Source: Geosiphon pyriformis uo1
Lineage: Eukaryota; Fungi; Glomeromycota
Assembly: GCA_016748015.1 (NCBI GenBank)
Contig: JAAOMT010000718.1
Location: 372,001 to 436,000 of the forward strand
DNA length: 64,000 bases
Direction: 5' to 3'
Part shown: positions 52,524-64,000 of the stretch, one piece after another
Layout: every line of letters starts with the position of its first letter
Position numbering within the stretch: the stretch's first letter is position 1
The notes under the pieces: model-generated
The model's database searches: none
Seen by the model: the letters and a program-made list of their open reading frames with translations, nothing else
Told to the model about the DNA's origin: nothing
Program-made: the position numbers and the translations under genes

Positions 52524-55500
52524 TGATTCACAGTTCTAGTTAATATAGCTCTTAACACACAGAATGAATCTTACCAGATTCTCAGACTTCCACAACCAAT
52601 TACCATCTTATCCTTTGGAGAACATCATGAAATCTATACCTGTAAGAAACCCACTACCACTCAACAAATCTTCGAATCCAATAAACAAATCTGCACAAAA
52701 CATGACATTTCAATTCCAAACATTTACATCCCAAAATAAATGAAGAAAGTCTGAGTCACTTTTTACAATCCCAACCACTACTTTATCATTTTATTAAATA
52801 ATTTGGAAATCGGAATTATTTACAGTAATATCTTTCAACAAGAATTACTCCAAACAGTTTTTAACTTTTTGGAAATTATTGAACATTCTCTCCTCAGAAT
52901 AAACCCAAAACCCAGTTCTGAAAACTATCACATTGTTGTTGAAAAATTATTTCGAATCAACATGGGACAACTAGAGTCCCAACAACAAAACCAGCTTAAG
53001 GAGTTAATCGTAAAACATGCAGACATATTTGCTGAAAACAATAATGATTTAAGAAGAACTGATTTGGTCCAACATCAAATCTACACAGGAGATGCCAAAC
53101 CTAGGCAACAACAAGCATACCGAGTTGCCACAGAAAGCCACCAATTTATTTGAAAAAAAGTTCAAAGAATGCTCAACAATGGGCTCATCCAACCATTAAT
53201 GAGCCCATGAGCTTCACCAGTAGTACTTGTTAAAAAGAAAAACGAAAAAATCTGATTTTGTGTTAATTATTGACAACTAAACAATGTCACAATTGGAGAT
53301 GCCTACTCTCTTCCCTGAATTGATGATATGTTAGATGCACTTGGAAAATCCAAATACTTTTCAACATTAGATTTAGAAAGTGGATACTGGCAAGTTGTCA
53401 TGGATCCCAAGGATTGCCCCAAAACAGCATTTACAACACAAAGAGGAAACTACAAATTCAATGTAATGCTCTTTGGATTATGCAATGCGCCAGCAACATT
53501 CTAAAGACTCATGAATGTTGTATACACTGGACTCCTTTGGAAATCAGTAGTTGTCTATCTTAATGACACTGACGTTTATTCCTCATCTTTCGAACTTCAT
53601 TTAATTCACCTGTGAAAAGTTTTTCAATGATTATGAAAAGCAGGATTAAAATTAAACATTGAAAAATGTCATTTTGGAAAAACAAGCTTGGCCTTTCTTG
53701 GTTACATAGTTAGTGGAGAAGGAGTCAAACCAGACCCAAGAAAAATCAATGCTGTTAAAAATTTCAAAGTTTCACAGAATACCACAGAATTAAGAGAATT
53801 TGTTGAATTAACTTCTTATTATCGGAAATTCATCAAAAGATTTTCGGAAATATCAAAACCTCTTAACCAGTTCAACACTAAAAACACCGAATACAAATAG
53901 ATGGAAAAACACCAAAATGCCTTTGAAATACTCAAAGAAAAGCTCATTACAGCTCCAATTTTTGCTTATTCAGACTTTAGCAACCAATTCCAATTAGCCA
54001 CAGATGCCTCTTATACTGTCTTTGGTGCCATCTTATCATAGTTAGATGACAATGGCAATAAATGAGTAATTGCTTATGTAAGTAGAACATTAAAACCAGC
54101 AGAAAAAAACTATCCAGCAACAGAATTAGAGACTGCAGCAGTAATATAAGCCTTATACTACTTTGACCTTTATCTCAAATCTAAGGAATTCAATATTATT
54201 ACTGATAATATTGGACTTAAATGGTTACAAAACAAAAACATGAAGTTGAATGCAAAACAAACCAGATGGACAGAATTTTTAGCAAATTACCAATATATAG
54301 TACATCACAAACTAGGAAAACTCTACACTAATGTTGACTGTCTCTCCAGAATGAGACAAGATTAGAAAACACAAATCAACACTCAAACCTAACAACCAAC
54401 AAACAATGAATTTAAAAGACTACAACAATCTCAAACAATATTTGAAGACATTAACAATCCCAACAGATTGGTCTTCAAATGAAAACCATTGATTACAACA
54501 ACAAGCCAGACAATATTTCCTACACAACAACATTATTTATCATCGAAATTTCAAAAATCCAGACAAACCATTCAGATTAATACAAGAATACAAAAAAGAG
54601 ACTATATTATACAACATGTACTTAGATCTTTTATCAGCACACTTTGGAAAAGACAACACCATCCAAAGAACACTAGAATACTATTTTTGGCTCCGAATGA
54701 GAAGAAACATACATCAATATGTTAAATCTTGTAATAGTTGTCAAAGAAGAGGAAGAACACACCCTACTGAACCTTTAAATCCAATCAAAGTTGAACAACC
54801 TTTTGACTGGGTTGGTATTGATTTAGTTGGACCACTACCTATCACCACACAAGGAAACTAATACATAGCAGTAGCAATAGATTATCTTACCAAATGGCCT
54901 GAAGCCAGAGCTATTCAATGAGCAGATGCAAAATCAGTAGCAAATTTTATCTATGAAGACATTATTTGTAGACATGGATGCCCAATTGAACTTTTATCCA
55001 ATCAGGGAACACATTTTGTGAACAACTTGATATAAGAAATTTGTGAACGATTTAATGTCAAGAAACTTTTATCTTCGCCCTACCATCTATAAACAAATAG
55101 ATTAGTGGAACATTTCAACAGAACATTGTGTGAATCACTAGCCAAAGTCTCAACAGATTTTGAGCAGAAATGAGATATCTTTATTTTATTAGTGTTACTA
55201 GCATATAAAACACTAAAACAAGATACAATGAAACACATACCATTTGACCTTACTTATGGAAGAACAGCAAAACTACCAATTGAATTTACAGTGGAAACAT
55301 ATCCAGTACAACCAATCACAGAAGAAAACTTACAAGAAACACTTCAGTGAAGAGCTTATACTCTTCTCAGTACTTTAGAAGAAAAAAGATGTATAGTAAC
55401 CATCCATATTGAAAATTCACAAGCCCAACAAAAAAAAAGACATGACAACAAACTGCCACCAGTTACAAACGAATTTAAAGTTGGAAATAAAGTTTTTTTA

Positions 55501-55910
55501 CACTGAATTAAGACTGAAAAACAATGGAGTGGAAAATTTGAACATAAATGGAATGAACCATTCTTTGTTCATGAAATCTTAGGAAATAGATTATACAAGT
55601 TAAGACTTGATGGAAAAATACTAGCAAAAGTTGCACATGGAGATTGATTGAAACATTATCACTCCAGAACACATCCTAAACTATTAATCTCACAAATTGG
55701 TACACATTCTCCTTTAATTAACCCCAAAGATATTCCATGAAATTTGGAACCAATAATTGTCATTGAACAACCTCCCAACTTGAACACTTCATTATTATAG
55801 TTATTCTCCTATAAAAATTCGGAAACAATCCTACAAAAATAACATAAAAATCCACATACCCAAAAATAATTTCACTTAGGAAAATTTTTAGTTTCTTAAA
55901 AATCATTATA

Positions 55911-56587
55911 ATGACTATTTCACAAAACATTTAACAATTATCCCAAAAATTAATGTTAGCTTTAAAAACAATACCTGAATTATCTATTACTATTACAGAA
56001 AAACATATTAATTATACTCAAACAGAAACAGTCACAACCTTATCTCCAAAATCACAAAATTATCACCCTTATAAAAAAAACACTAGAAGTTATTCTGGAA
56101 TTCACCTACCAGAACTTTTGAAGCTTGCCTTGAGAAAAAATTTGTTGCTCCCACCTATTGACATTTCACCAAATGCCACAATTCAACAAAAACTTTGACA
56201 GTGTCTTAATGAAGAAAACAATGAATATTTTTCAATCTATAGATATTTTCACATTGAAAAAACACTGCATGAACAAAAACTAGAACTCACAACAGCCAAC
56301 CTCACAAAAGAAGCCATTCAGAAACAATTTTACAACAAATTTAAGACAACAGCTGAACCAACAAACAGTTACTACAAACTTAGAGCAGCTTTTAGACTTT
56401 ATGACCTATTTCACACCTGTGAAAATGTTCTACAAAACCCAATTTTACAACTACTGAAGATCCAATACATTGGAAAACTCACAGAACTGAAATTTTAACA
56501 ATTTTCAGACCAAATTTCTTCAGTAATTTTGGATTACTATCTGGAATGTACAGATAGTACTTGGACTTCGATGGAGCTTAGTCTTGA
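55911..56587 (+). pseudogene. ORF3 of element B
   Basis: MTISQNI*QLSQKL...YRYFHIEKTL...LRAAFRLYDLFHTCENVL...IQYIGKLT; homologous to ORF3 of A and C. Confidence 0.75.
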
Positions 56588-59500
56588 GGAGGAGGTTATG
56601 TTACCAACTAAAACTTGAGATATTAATTAACATAATATTACCCTTATAATTTCTACCATTAAATTAGCATATATTATCATTCAAATTATCACTTATTATT
56701 TAATCAAATTATTGAATATTATCAATCAATTAATAACCCGATTTGTATTATAGAAATTAGGATGATTAAATTACACAATACCCTGAACCATTTAATATTC
56801 AAGAGTTCGCTGAAATTTGTAGAAATTTGCCAAAATAATTAATAGTTTACCAAAATATTCAATAGTTTGTAAAAATAACTTGTAAGTTTGCCAAAAAGTA
56901 TTTTTAGTTCATCGAAACCATAGTAAAGAAAATAGTTCAAGTTCATAAACTAGTACTACAACAAGTTATATAAAAAAAAAGCTTCTTTCTTCAAAAAAAT
57001 ATATCCTTACCTCTAAATATCTTATTTTAGATTTATCACTTAGAACCATTCCTATACACACAAAAAGAAATAAATATCAAATAATTCGAAAAACCAAATT
57101 CTTTAATTATTGCACTTGGAAAATTCTCAAAATCCAACTAACATTTTGAAATTGATTAGCTACCAATTTTAGTAAAACTGTTAATGACCTCAGGCCTGAA
57201 TAAAAAACGTTTCCCTTGATAAAATCCTATTTCTTTTACATTTCTTTTATTTTTCTTTTTTTTTCTTATTATCATCATTTGGGTAGCCTACAGACAAGAT
57301 TTCTGTAGAAAAGTTGACTTTTACAGCAAAGTAACTACACATTTTTAGTAAGCTTCCAGATGAGCAATTCCTGGGAAAAAGTTGACATTTACTACAACAT
57401 AACTACACAAGTAACTGGCACAGAATTGGCCATTCCACTTATAAACCCAGCAGTTCAAATTATAGGAGATAATTTGAAGATAAATTCAGTTACTGGAGGT
57501 TTAACTACTTCCTGAAAATGTAAATTCACAGCAAATCAACAGTAACAACATTCAAGAAAAGAGACCAAAAACCTCTGGTAACAACGCAACTGATTCTAGA
57601 AGCGATTTGCGTTTCCAGAATTATTGCATTGTTGTGGTGGTTGATAAATTGTGCAATTGTCAGCTAAGTATCCCTCTAATTTTTGATTGATGAACTCACT
57701 AAATTGTTTCAATTTGGAATCCAATTCAGATGATTCATTCATTACTAGATTAACTGCTTAAACATGGTTGACTTCTAATTCAGTGGCTTTAAAATCTCTG
57801 GTGTTTGTGATGGCTGCTTGCAGATCGACAGAATGCATTGGATATACACGTTGCAGAATGCTGCTATGTAATCCACAAATAAACTGATTTAGGATCTGGG
57901 CCACTATGAAATAATTGGCATTGATGGCTTGGATCTAGTGCAGATTCCTGTGAAAGCATCCTAAATAAGTAGTGACTGCTTCATTTTCTTCTTGTTTGAT
58001 GGTAGTAAAAGTGTTTGCTAGCCTGTTAATGCTGTTATTATTGCTGAAGTATCTTAAGAACTCAATTTTAAATGCATTAAAATTTTGGGGTTTGTTGACC
58101 AGGCTTTGGTACCATGAATTGGCAGTATCCTGGAGAAAATATGGAATGGTTTGCATGGCTCTGGTGTCATTCCATCCATTAGCTGCAATGGCTTTCTTCA
58201 CATTATTTAGTTATACTTGGGCATCATCCTCTTCACTGGTAAATTTTTTGAGTTTGGTTATTGGTGTGTATGCTATTAGATCTAAGTTGGATTGTGATGG
58301 TTGTTGAAGTAATACTAGTGGCTGTTGAATCTGCTGGTGTGGTTGTTGTAGTGGCTGGCCAATTGGTTTAACTGGTGGTGAGTTAATAATAATAACAGGA
58401 GGTAGGTCTGGTTGATTAGTTAGATTGGAGTTTTGATTGTTCTGATTATACTGCATTTGAAAATTCGAAGTTTCAATTTCCGGATTTTTTAAATTTAGAT
58501 TTTGCTAAGTCTGAAAGTTCAGGTTTTTGATTTCTGGATTTTCAATGATCAGGTTCTGGTAAGTAAATTCTTGATCTTCAGAGTCTTGTTTCTCTTTTTC
58601 TTGGTCTTCTTCTGATTCCATTACTTCTTAGAGACTTGTGGTTCCGAAATCTGGTTGGAGTAGTGGAGATTAGAGTCTTAATGACATAGGTGATTGAGAC
58701 TTAAATCCTTCAAAATACACGCCATATGGTCCTAGAAGATCTTTTTTCCTTTGTTTACTCTGAAATAGAAATTGTCCAAAAGTTGATGTTATGTTTGATA
58801 TAGACACACCTGTAATATTGATGGCACTTCTGGGTGTATAATAGTATAATAGATTAGTTGGTGATTCAACTCTTGTTTTCTTTCAAGTGGGTGGTGTATC
58901 CTTTAAAGTGTTACTGCTGGTGTTTGTAATTTTCCTTTGCCTTTGTTTGCATAGATAATTGGATATCTTTGTTGAGTGTGAATTTCAATTTCTTTATTGA
59001 TTTTAGTGAGAATTGTTGTGAAATTGTAATTTGTTGGTAGGCTGGTATTCTGGATTAATTCATTGTAGAAGTTTCCTCTGGCTGAGTCAGTTTCTACTAG
59101 TACTCCTAATAAATATAAGATTATCTTGTGGACATAGAAATTGAAAGCTAATTCTGCTGATAAGTGGTTGTCGATTAATCTTAAATGTTAACAATAGTGT
59201 TGGAATAAAGATTTTGCAAATCCTAAATGGTTTGTCTCTGTTTTTTCAGATTCTGTCACTGTTTGAATGGGTGTTATTGGTGCTGGTTCTCTGTAGGATT
59301 ATACCTCACAGGGAGTACCAAATATTACAAATGATTATTTGGGGTCTCAAATCAAATAACAAATCTGTAACTTGGTATTATCAGTATGTTGTTTGTATCT
59401 GAAGGTTTTAGCATTGAGTCCTTTGTATAATGAACAGAGATTCAATGACAATGTAATTGGTTAGTAAGTTGTGTTCCCAATTTCTGTTTTCAGCTTGGTG

Positions 59501-59882
59501 GCTGGTTTATTCTGGCATTCGTGCCCTTCTGGTAAGTTATCTGTTAATATATATATAATTTTATCCTTATTTCTAGGTCTTTTACCAGGCTATCCATGAT
59601 GTCAATTACTCAGTGCTTTAATTCTTAATTAGTTAATATACAACAATAAAATCAAGAAAAAAAATAAGCCAAGGCAATATGCAAGTTAGTATTCATCAAT
59701 AGCTGTGATCAAGAGCTATTGTTTCAGTATGGTTAAGTATTGATTACTATCAACATTTTATATTAATAGTAAAGAATAAATTTGGATGGTGAATGATTTA
59801 TTTATTTGATATTTTTGGATGGAAGATTTCTAACTAAAGAATTCTGCTCTTTCTACTTCTAATACTACCACTATATATACAT

Positions 59883-60883
59883 TGTTACCGGAGGTTTTTG
59901 GTCTCTTTTCTGTAATGTTGTTGATACTTATTTGCTGCGAATTCACGTTTTCTGGATGTGGTTGAACCTCCAGTAACTGAATTTATCTTCAAATTATCTC
60001 CCATAATTTGAACTTGCTAGGCTTATGAGTGAAATGGCCAATTCCATGCCAGTTGCTTTATGTAGTTATGTTGTAGTAAACGTCAACTCTTTCCCAAGAA
60101 TTGCTCGTCTGGAAGCTCACTAAAAATGTGTAGTTACTTTGCTGTGAAAGTCAACTCTTCTACAGGAATTTCGTCTGTAGGCTACCCTAATAATTGTAAT
60201 AAAAAAATAAAGAAAAATAAAAGAAGTGTAACAGAAATAGGATCTTATCAAGGAAAACGTTTTCTATCCAGGTCTGGAGTCACTAACAGTTTACTGAAAT
60301 TGGTAGCTAATCAATTTCGAAATGTTAGTTGGGTTTTGGGGATTTTTCAAGTACAATAATTAAAGAATTTGGTTTTTCGAATTATTTGATATTTATTTCT
60401 TTTTGTATGTATAGGAACGGTTTTTTTTAAGAGATAAATCTAAGGTAAGATACATTTTCTCGAAGAGAGAAGCTCTTCTTTTATACAACTTGTTGTAACA
60501 CTATTCTATGAACTTAAACTTTGCTATTTTCTACAATTTTGTTGAACTAAAGATACATTTCAGCGAACTACAAGTTATTTCAGCGAACTATTAGATATTT
60601 TGGTAAACTATCAATTATTTCGGCGAATTTCTACAAATTTCGGCGAACTTCTGAATGTTACATAGTTTGGAATATTGCATGATTGATCATTGCAATTAGG
60701 TTACATTTGTGTTGTGTACAATTTGAGTTATTAATTAAATGATAATTTCAGACATTTTTTTTTTTATTTTATTTTTTTCTAATGTAATAAGTGATCATTT
60801 GGAACGATAATATATGCTAATTAATAATAGGAATTATAAGATAATTTCATGCTAAATAATATCTCTAATTTCATCTGGTAACA
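59883..60883 (-). mobile_element. Solo LTR of the B family inserted in the 5' LTR of C
   Basis: Reverse-complement homolog of the B LTRs; perfect TSD ACAT; retains many CpGs. Confidence 0.95.
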
Positions 60884-62835
60884 ACATAATTGATGTTCTA
60901 TGAGATCGCTTACATTTTCGAGCAATGTGCTATAATTTCTTGAGCAATGCTCACATTGTTGAACAATATGCCCTAATTTTCTAACATCACTCCATATTAC
61001 TGAGCAATGTGCTATGCTTTCTGACATTGCTCCACATTGCTAAGCAATGTGCCATGATTTCTGACATTGCTCTACATTACTGAGCAATATGCTCACATGC
61101 TAAATATTATTCTCTTATTAGTCTGCTATTTTCTATATCTGTTTTCTTTTTATGAGTAACAATAATTAACCAATTTACAATTTCAAAATTTACAACAACA
61201 AATTAATAATACAGTATTAGATTATTATAGTAATATAAAAATCAATAAAAAAATTAACTTTGATTTTAACAGAGCTCAATCTTGAAAAGAAGAGATAATG
61301 TTATAGTTCAAGAATTTAATAAGAATTATAAATAATATAAATTAGCTAATCATGAAATAGCATAGCAACAATTTATAAAAAGAAATAATTTACAAATAAC
61401 AGCAAGCACTATTTTACAATAGCAGCAAGCATTATCATGCAAAAGCAGCAAGCACTATTTCATAATAGCAGCAAGCACTATTTAGAAATAACGGAAATAG
61501 AGTATTACAAGACATTATTTTGTAAAACAATAATTATATATATATACAATAGTTTTTAATGATGAAAAAAAAACAGCTTCAACTAAAAGCAACAAATATC
61601 TAAATAAAATCTTATTCAAAAATAATTAATAAAAAAAAACCAATAAATTAATAAACATCACAATTACGAGATTAACAATAAAATTTACATACTCTCTTTA
61701 GTAAATGAAACTATCATTTCATCTCTGAACCCTTTGGAAGAATAATCCCTAATCAAAATTATTCACATGGTTACTAATTAAATTGAAAAAGCTTTATTAT
61801 ATACTTAGAAAAATCATAAAAAAGCCATTAATATTTCGTGTTTCTAGATTAGAAAAACACATCAGACAATTGCAAAGATAGCCTCAGAAAAGACTCCAAA
61901 CAGTGAGTAGATTTCAGATTAGCTTCTAAAAAGGAGTACACAACATACAAAGACAATTAGAATTAAAGAGAAGACTTATATCACAACATCAAGAGAAAAT
62001 CTTTAATACATTATTATTAATATTTAACACATAAAATCAAGGAACTCACGAAAAACTGATTGTGATTAAAATAAGAGATCAACAATTAAAATATATCAAA
62101 AAAACACCTCTGTAACAACAGTCTAATTATATATACTTATTAATTAAAGAGTTAATAAATTTATTTGAAAAAACAATATAATTACTTTGAAATATTTGAA
62201 TAATAATAAGATTATAAATTATCTTATAATAAATTATAAAACAAAGCATAATAGTTCTGATAAAGAACAAAAAGTAAAAATAATGAGTATTAAGAATATA
62301 TTAACATTTTTTACAAATTTTAAACAATTTATAAAGCTTAAAAATAACAAAAAATTTTATGATACAACTAATAAATTTGTTTATATTTTATAAAAAATAT
62401 AAAATAAACAAAAACAAATAACTTTTACAAGTTTTTTTAATATTACATAAACTATTTAAAAAATTTTATAAGAATATGTAAATAATTTATTTTTTAATAA
62501 TATTATATCTATTTTTATTATATGTATACTATATATATTTAAACTTAAAAAAACCTATAACCTATAATAATTTATAATAATTTGTATTTACCAAGAAAAT
62601 AAGTTATCTCAAGTTTAATTGAACTTAAAACCTATTAACCCAACAATTTTAAACTTAAAAAATTTTAGTATAATTTTTTTTTATAAATTAATAAATTATA
62701 TTTTAATTAATATTATTTTATTAGACTTAGTAAAAACAAATTTTAATAATTATTTTTTAATTTATATATATATTTATATACTTTATATTAATATTTATTA
62801 TAATATTTATTTTTATAACCAATTTTTTAATTTTG

Positions 62836-64000
62836 TTTTTTTTTTTTTTTATTAGAGTTTTAACGAGCAAGGCCCAATCACTATTTAATACCATAAGACT
62901 ACATAGAATCTTAAATTAGATGTAGTTCATGCGTTTTCTACATGTAACCAGTTACTCAAGCCAGTTCAGGCTATACTATGTTGATGTACCAGAAGAAAAC
63001 TTATCCAAAAATGACATTTTTTGAATAACAAAAAACAGAGTCGCACTACAAGGAACCAATCCAACCAGCCATTCAGCTGTTTTTAAGGCATCAGCTTTAA
63101 CATCAATAGGCCCATGTTCCCAAAGGAACAGCAAGTTAGAAAACACCTTATCATCCAAACCAACTGGATGCTCTGAATCACCAGACATATTAATATCCTC
63201 CATGCAGCATTCTTTTTTTAAAAAAACCACTTCTCTTCCCAACTTACCAACAATCTTGCTAAAAGAACCCATATGTACCATAACCTCATTGACCTTAAGG
63301 CCAAGTTTACTGCTTAAGACCAAATTTTCATTAATAAATTGCTCAAACAATTTGACCAAAGAACCAACTGGTTTAACAATAGACTCAACCAAAATAGAAA
63401 GCTTGACCAAATCAGATTCCAAAGAAGCCAACTAGAAAGACACTAAGGAATCACCAACAACCATAGAAGGGGAAGTAGAAGCCACCAAGGGAGGAAACTC
63501 AGAAGAATCCAGGGAAGCAAAAGCTTTTACATAAGAAACACCATCCACAAAATAAGACTTGAAGATCTTGGAAGTAGAAGGTGGGGAAATCTTGCAATCC
63601 ACAGCCAGATGGCCTATTTCTTGACACCTAAAGCAGTGCTGGCAGCCAGGAGTTTCCCACCAGATACGACATTTCCTTAGAGTACCAGTCTTGACTATAG
63701 CAGAATCCAAATCACCTTGAGATTCAAATATAACCAAAGCAAACTGGGAACAATGACCAAAATCAGGAGAACAAGAGATGAAACATGTTTGATCACCAAT
63801 CTGAGAAATCATATTACTGATTTCAAAGGTGGTACAATCAGGGGAAAGGTTGACCAATTTGGCCTTAAACTTATTACGAGACAAAATAGTCTTATTTTGA
63901 TTCACCAAAGGGAGGATTTTAACACTATTCTTGCTTATCAAGACTGACCAATGCTTCAAGGCAGACACAGCAGAGTCCAACTTTTCAAAATAAACCACCA
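62836..64000 (-). mobile_element. Non-LTR retroelement 3' end: ORF1-like gene (RRM-like region, CCHC knuckle, coiled coil), short 3' UTR and poly(A); 5' part outside the window
   Basis: ORFs 63432-63998 and 62976-63431 are one frame broken by a single TAG; CFRCQEIGHLAVDC; tail GGGCCTTGCTCGTTAAAACTCTAAT(A)15 ending at 62836. Confidence 0.8.

Larger units (their letters stand above)
47775..57583 (+). mobile_element. Full-length decayed Ty3/Gypsy element B; LTRs 47775-48758 and 56599-57583; gag-PR-Cys domain-dUTPase-RT-RH-INT plus ORF3
   Basis: ~985-bp LTR pair; perfect TSD ACGC; PBS TTTGGTGCTCTCCC (Ile-tRNA-like); PPT GAGGAGGAGG; CHYCGIPGHWKHDC, ILDSGSA, LDLESGYWQ, YLND (YLDD), ATDAS, GIDLVGPLP; GPF-type tail and no chromodomain seen. 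Confidence 0.96.
40451..61161 (-). mobile_element. Ty3/Gypsy element C; 3' LTR 40451-41306, 5' LTR 59323-61161 (interrupted); gag-[protease apparently deleted]-Cys domain-dUTPase-RT-RH-INT-ORF3
   Basis: Paired LTRs; PBS TTTGGTACTCCCTGTGAGG; PPT at 41307; TSD ATGA/ATAA; YLDD, TDAS, VAYASRSL, GIDLVGL, zinc knuckle CHYCGRQGHLQIDC. Confidence 0.92.
36234..62117 (+). mobile_element. Ty3/Gypsy element A (outermost); LTRs 36234-37028 and 61299-62117; internally deleted (gag 5' part joined to RNase H end/integrase), ORF3 split by element C
   Basis: Matching ~0.8-kb LTRs T(G/A)TTA...TAACA; PBS TTTGGT at 37029; PPT before 61299; TSD ACAA/ACAG; integrase motifs GHFG, IGIDLIGPL, YHSQTNGLVE; no RT or protease motifs. 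Confidence 0.9.

Overview
Eukaryotic, AT-rich, intron-rich fungal DNA. Gene content and TE families look like Glomeromycotina, possibly Geosiphon; that assignment is inference. Bases 1-33k are a compact block of about 15 spliced genes: a glycosyltransferase-like/alginate-lyase-fold membrane protein (5' partial), CWC22, aminopeptidase P, Ssb-type Hsp70, BLOC-1 subunit 5, RNPS1, a Sec14/CRAL-TRIO protein, proteasome beta1, a TspO-like protein, a 2-TM protein, Som1, Myg1 and several hypotheticals. BLOC1S5, Som1 and most of Myg1 are missing from the ORF track. Bases 33-64k are a C>T/G>A-eroded TE nest that can be resolved with 4-bp TSDs. A pogo/Tigger relic is split by Gypsy element A (36234-62117, +). 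A contains element C (40451-61161, -), and C contains solo LTR D, full element B (47775-57583, +) and a B-family solo LTR. An apparently ORF1-only polyadenylated non-LTR element ends the window. The main novelty is a retrovirus-like toolkit in the Gypsy families. A, B and C share a non-env ORF3 after integrase, family-specific motif arrays in U3, an HIV-DIS-like hairpin (2 nt + 6-nt palindrome + 1 nt loop) with covarying stems, and a conserved GTG at the start of an N-terminal Gag extension. B and C also carry a Cys-rich domain plus dUTPase between protease and RT. All functional interpretations are hypotheses.
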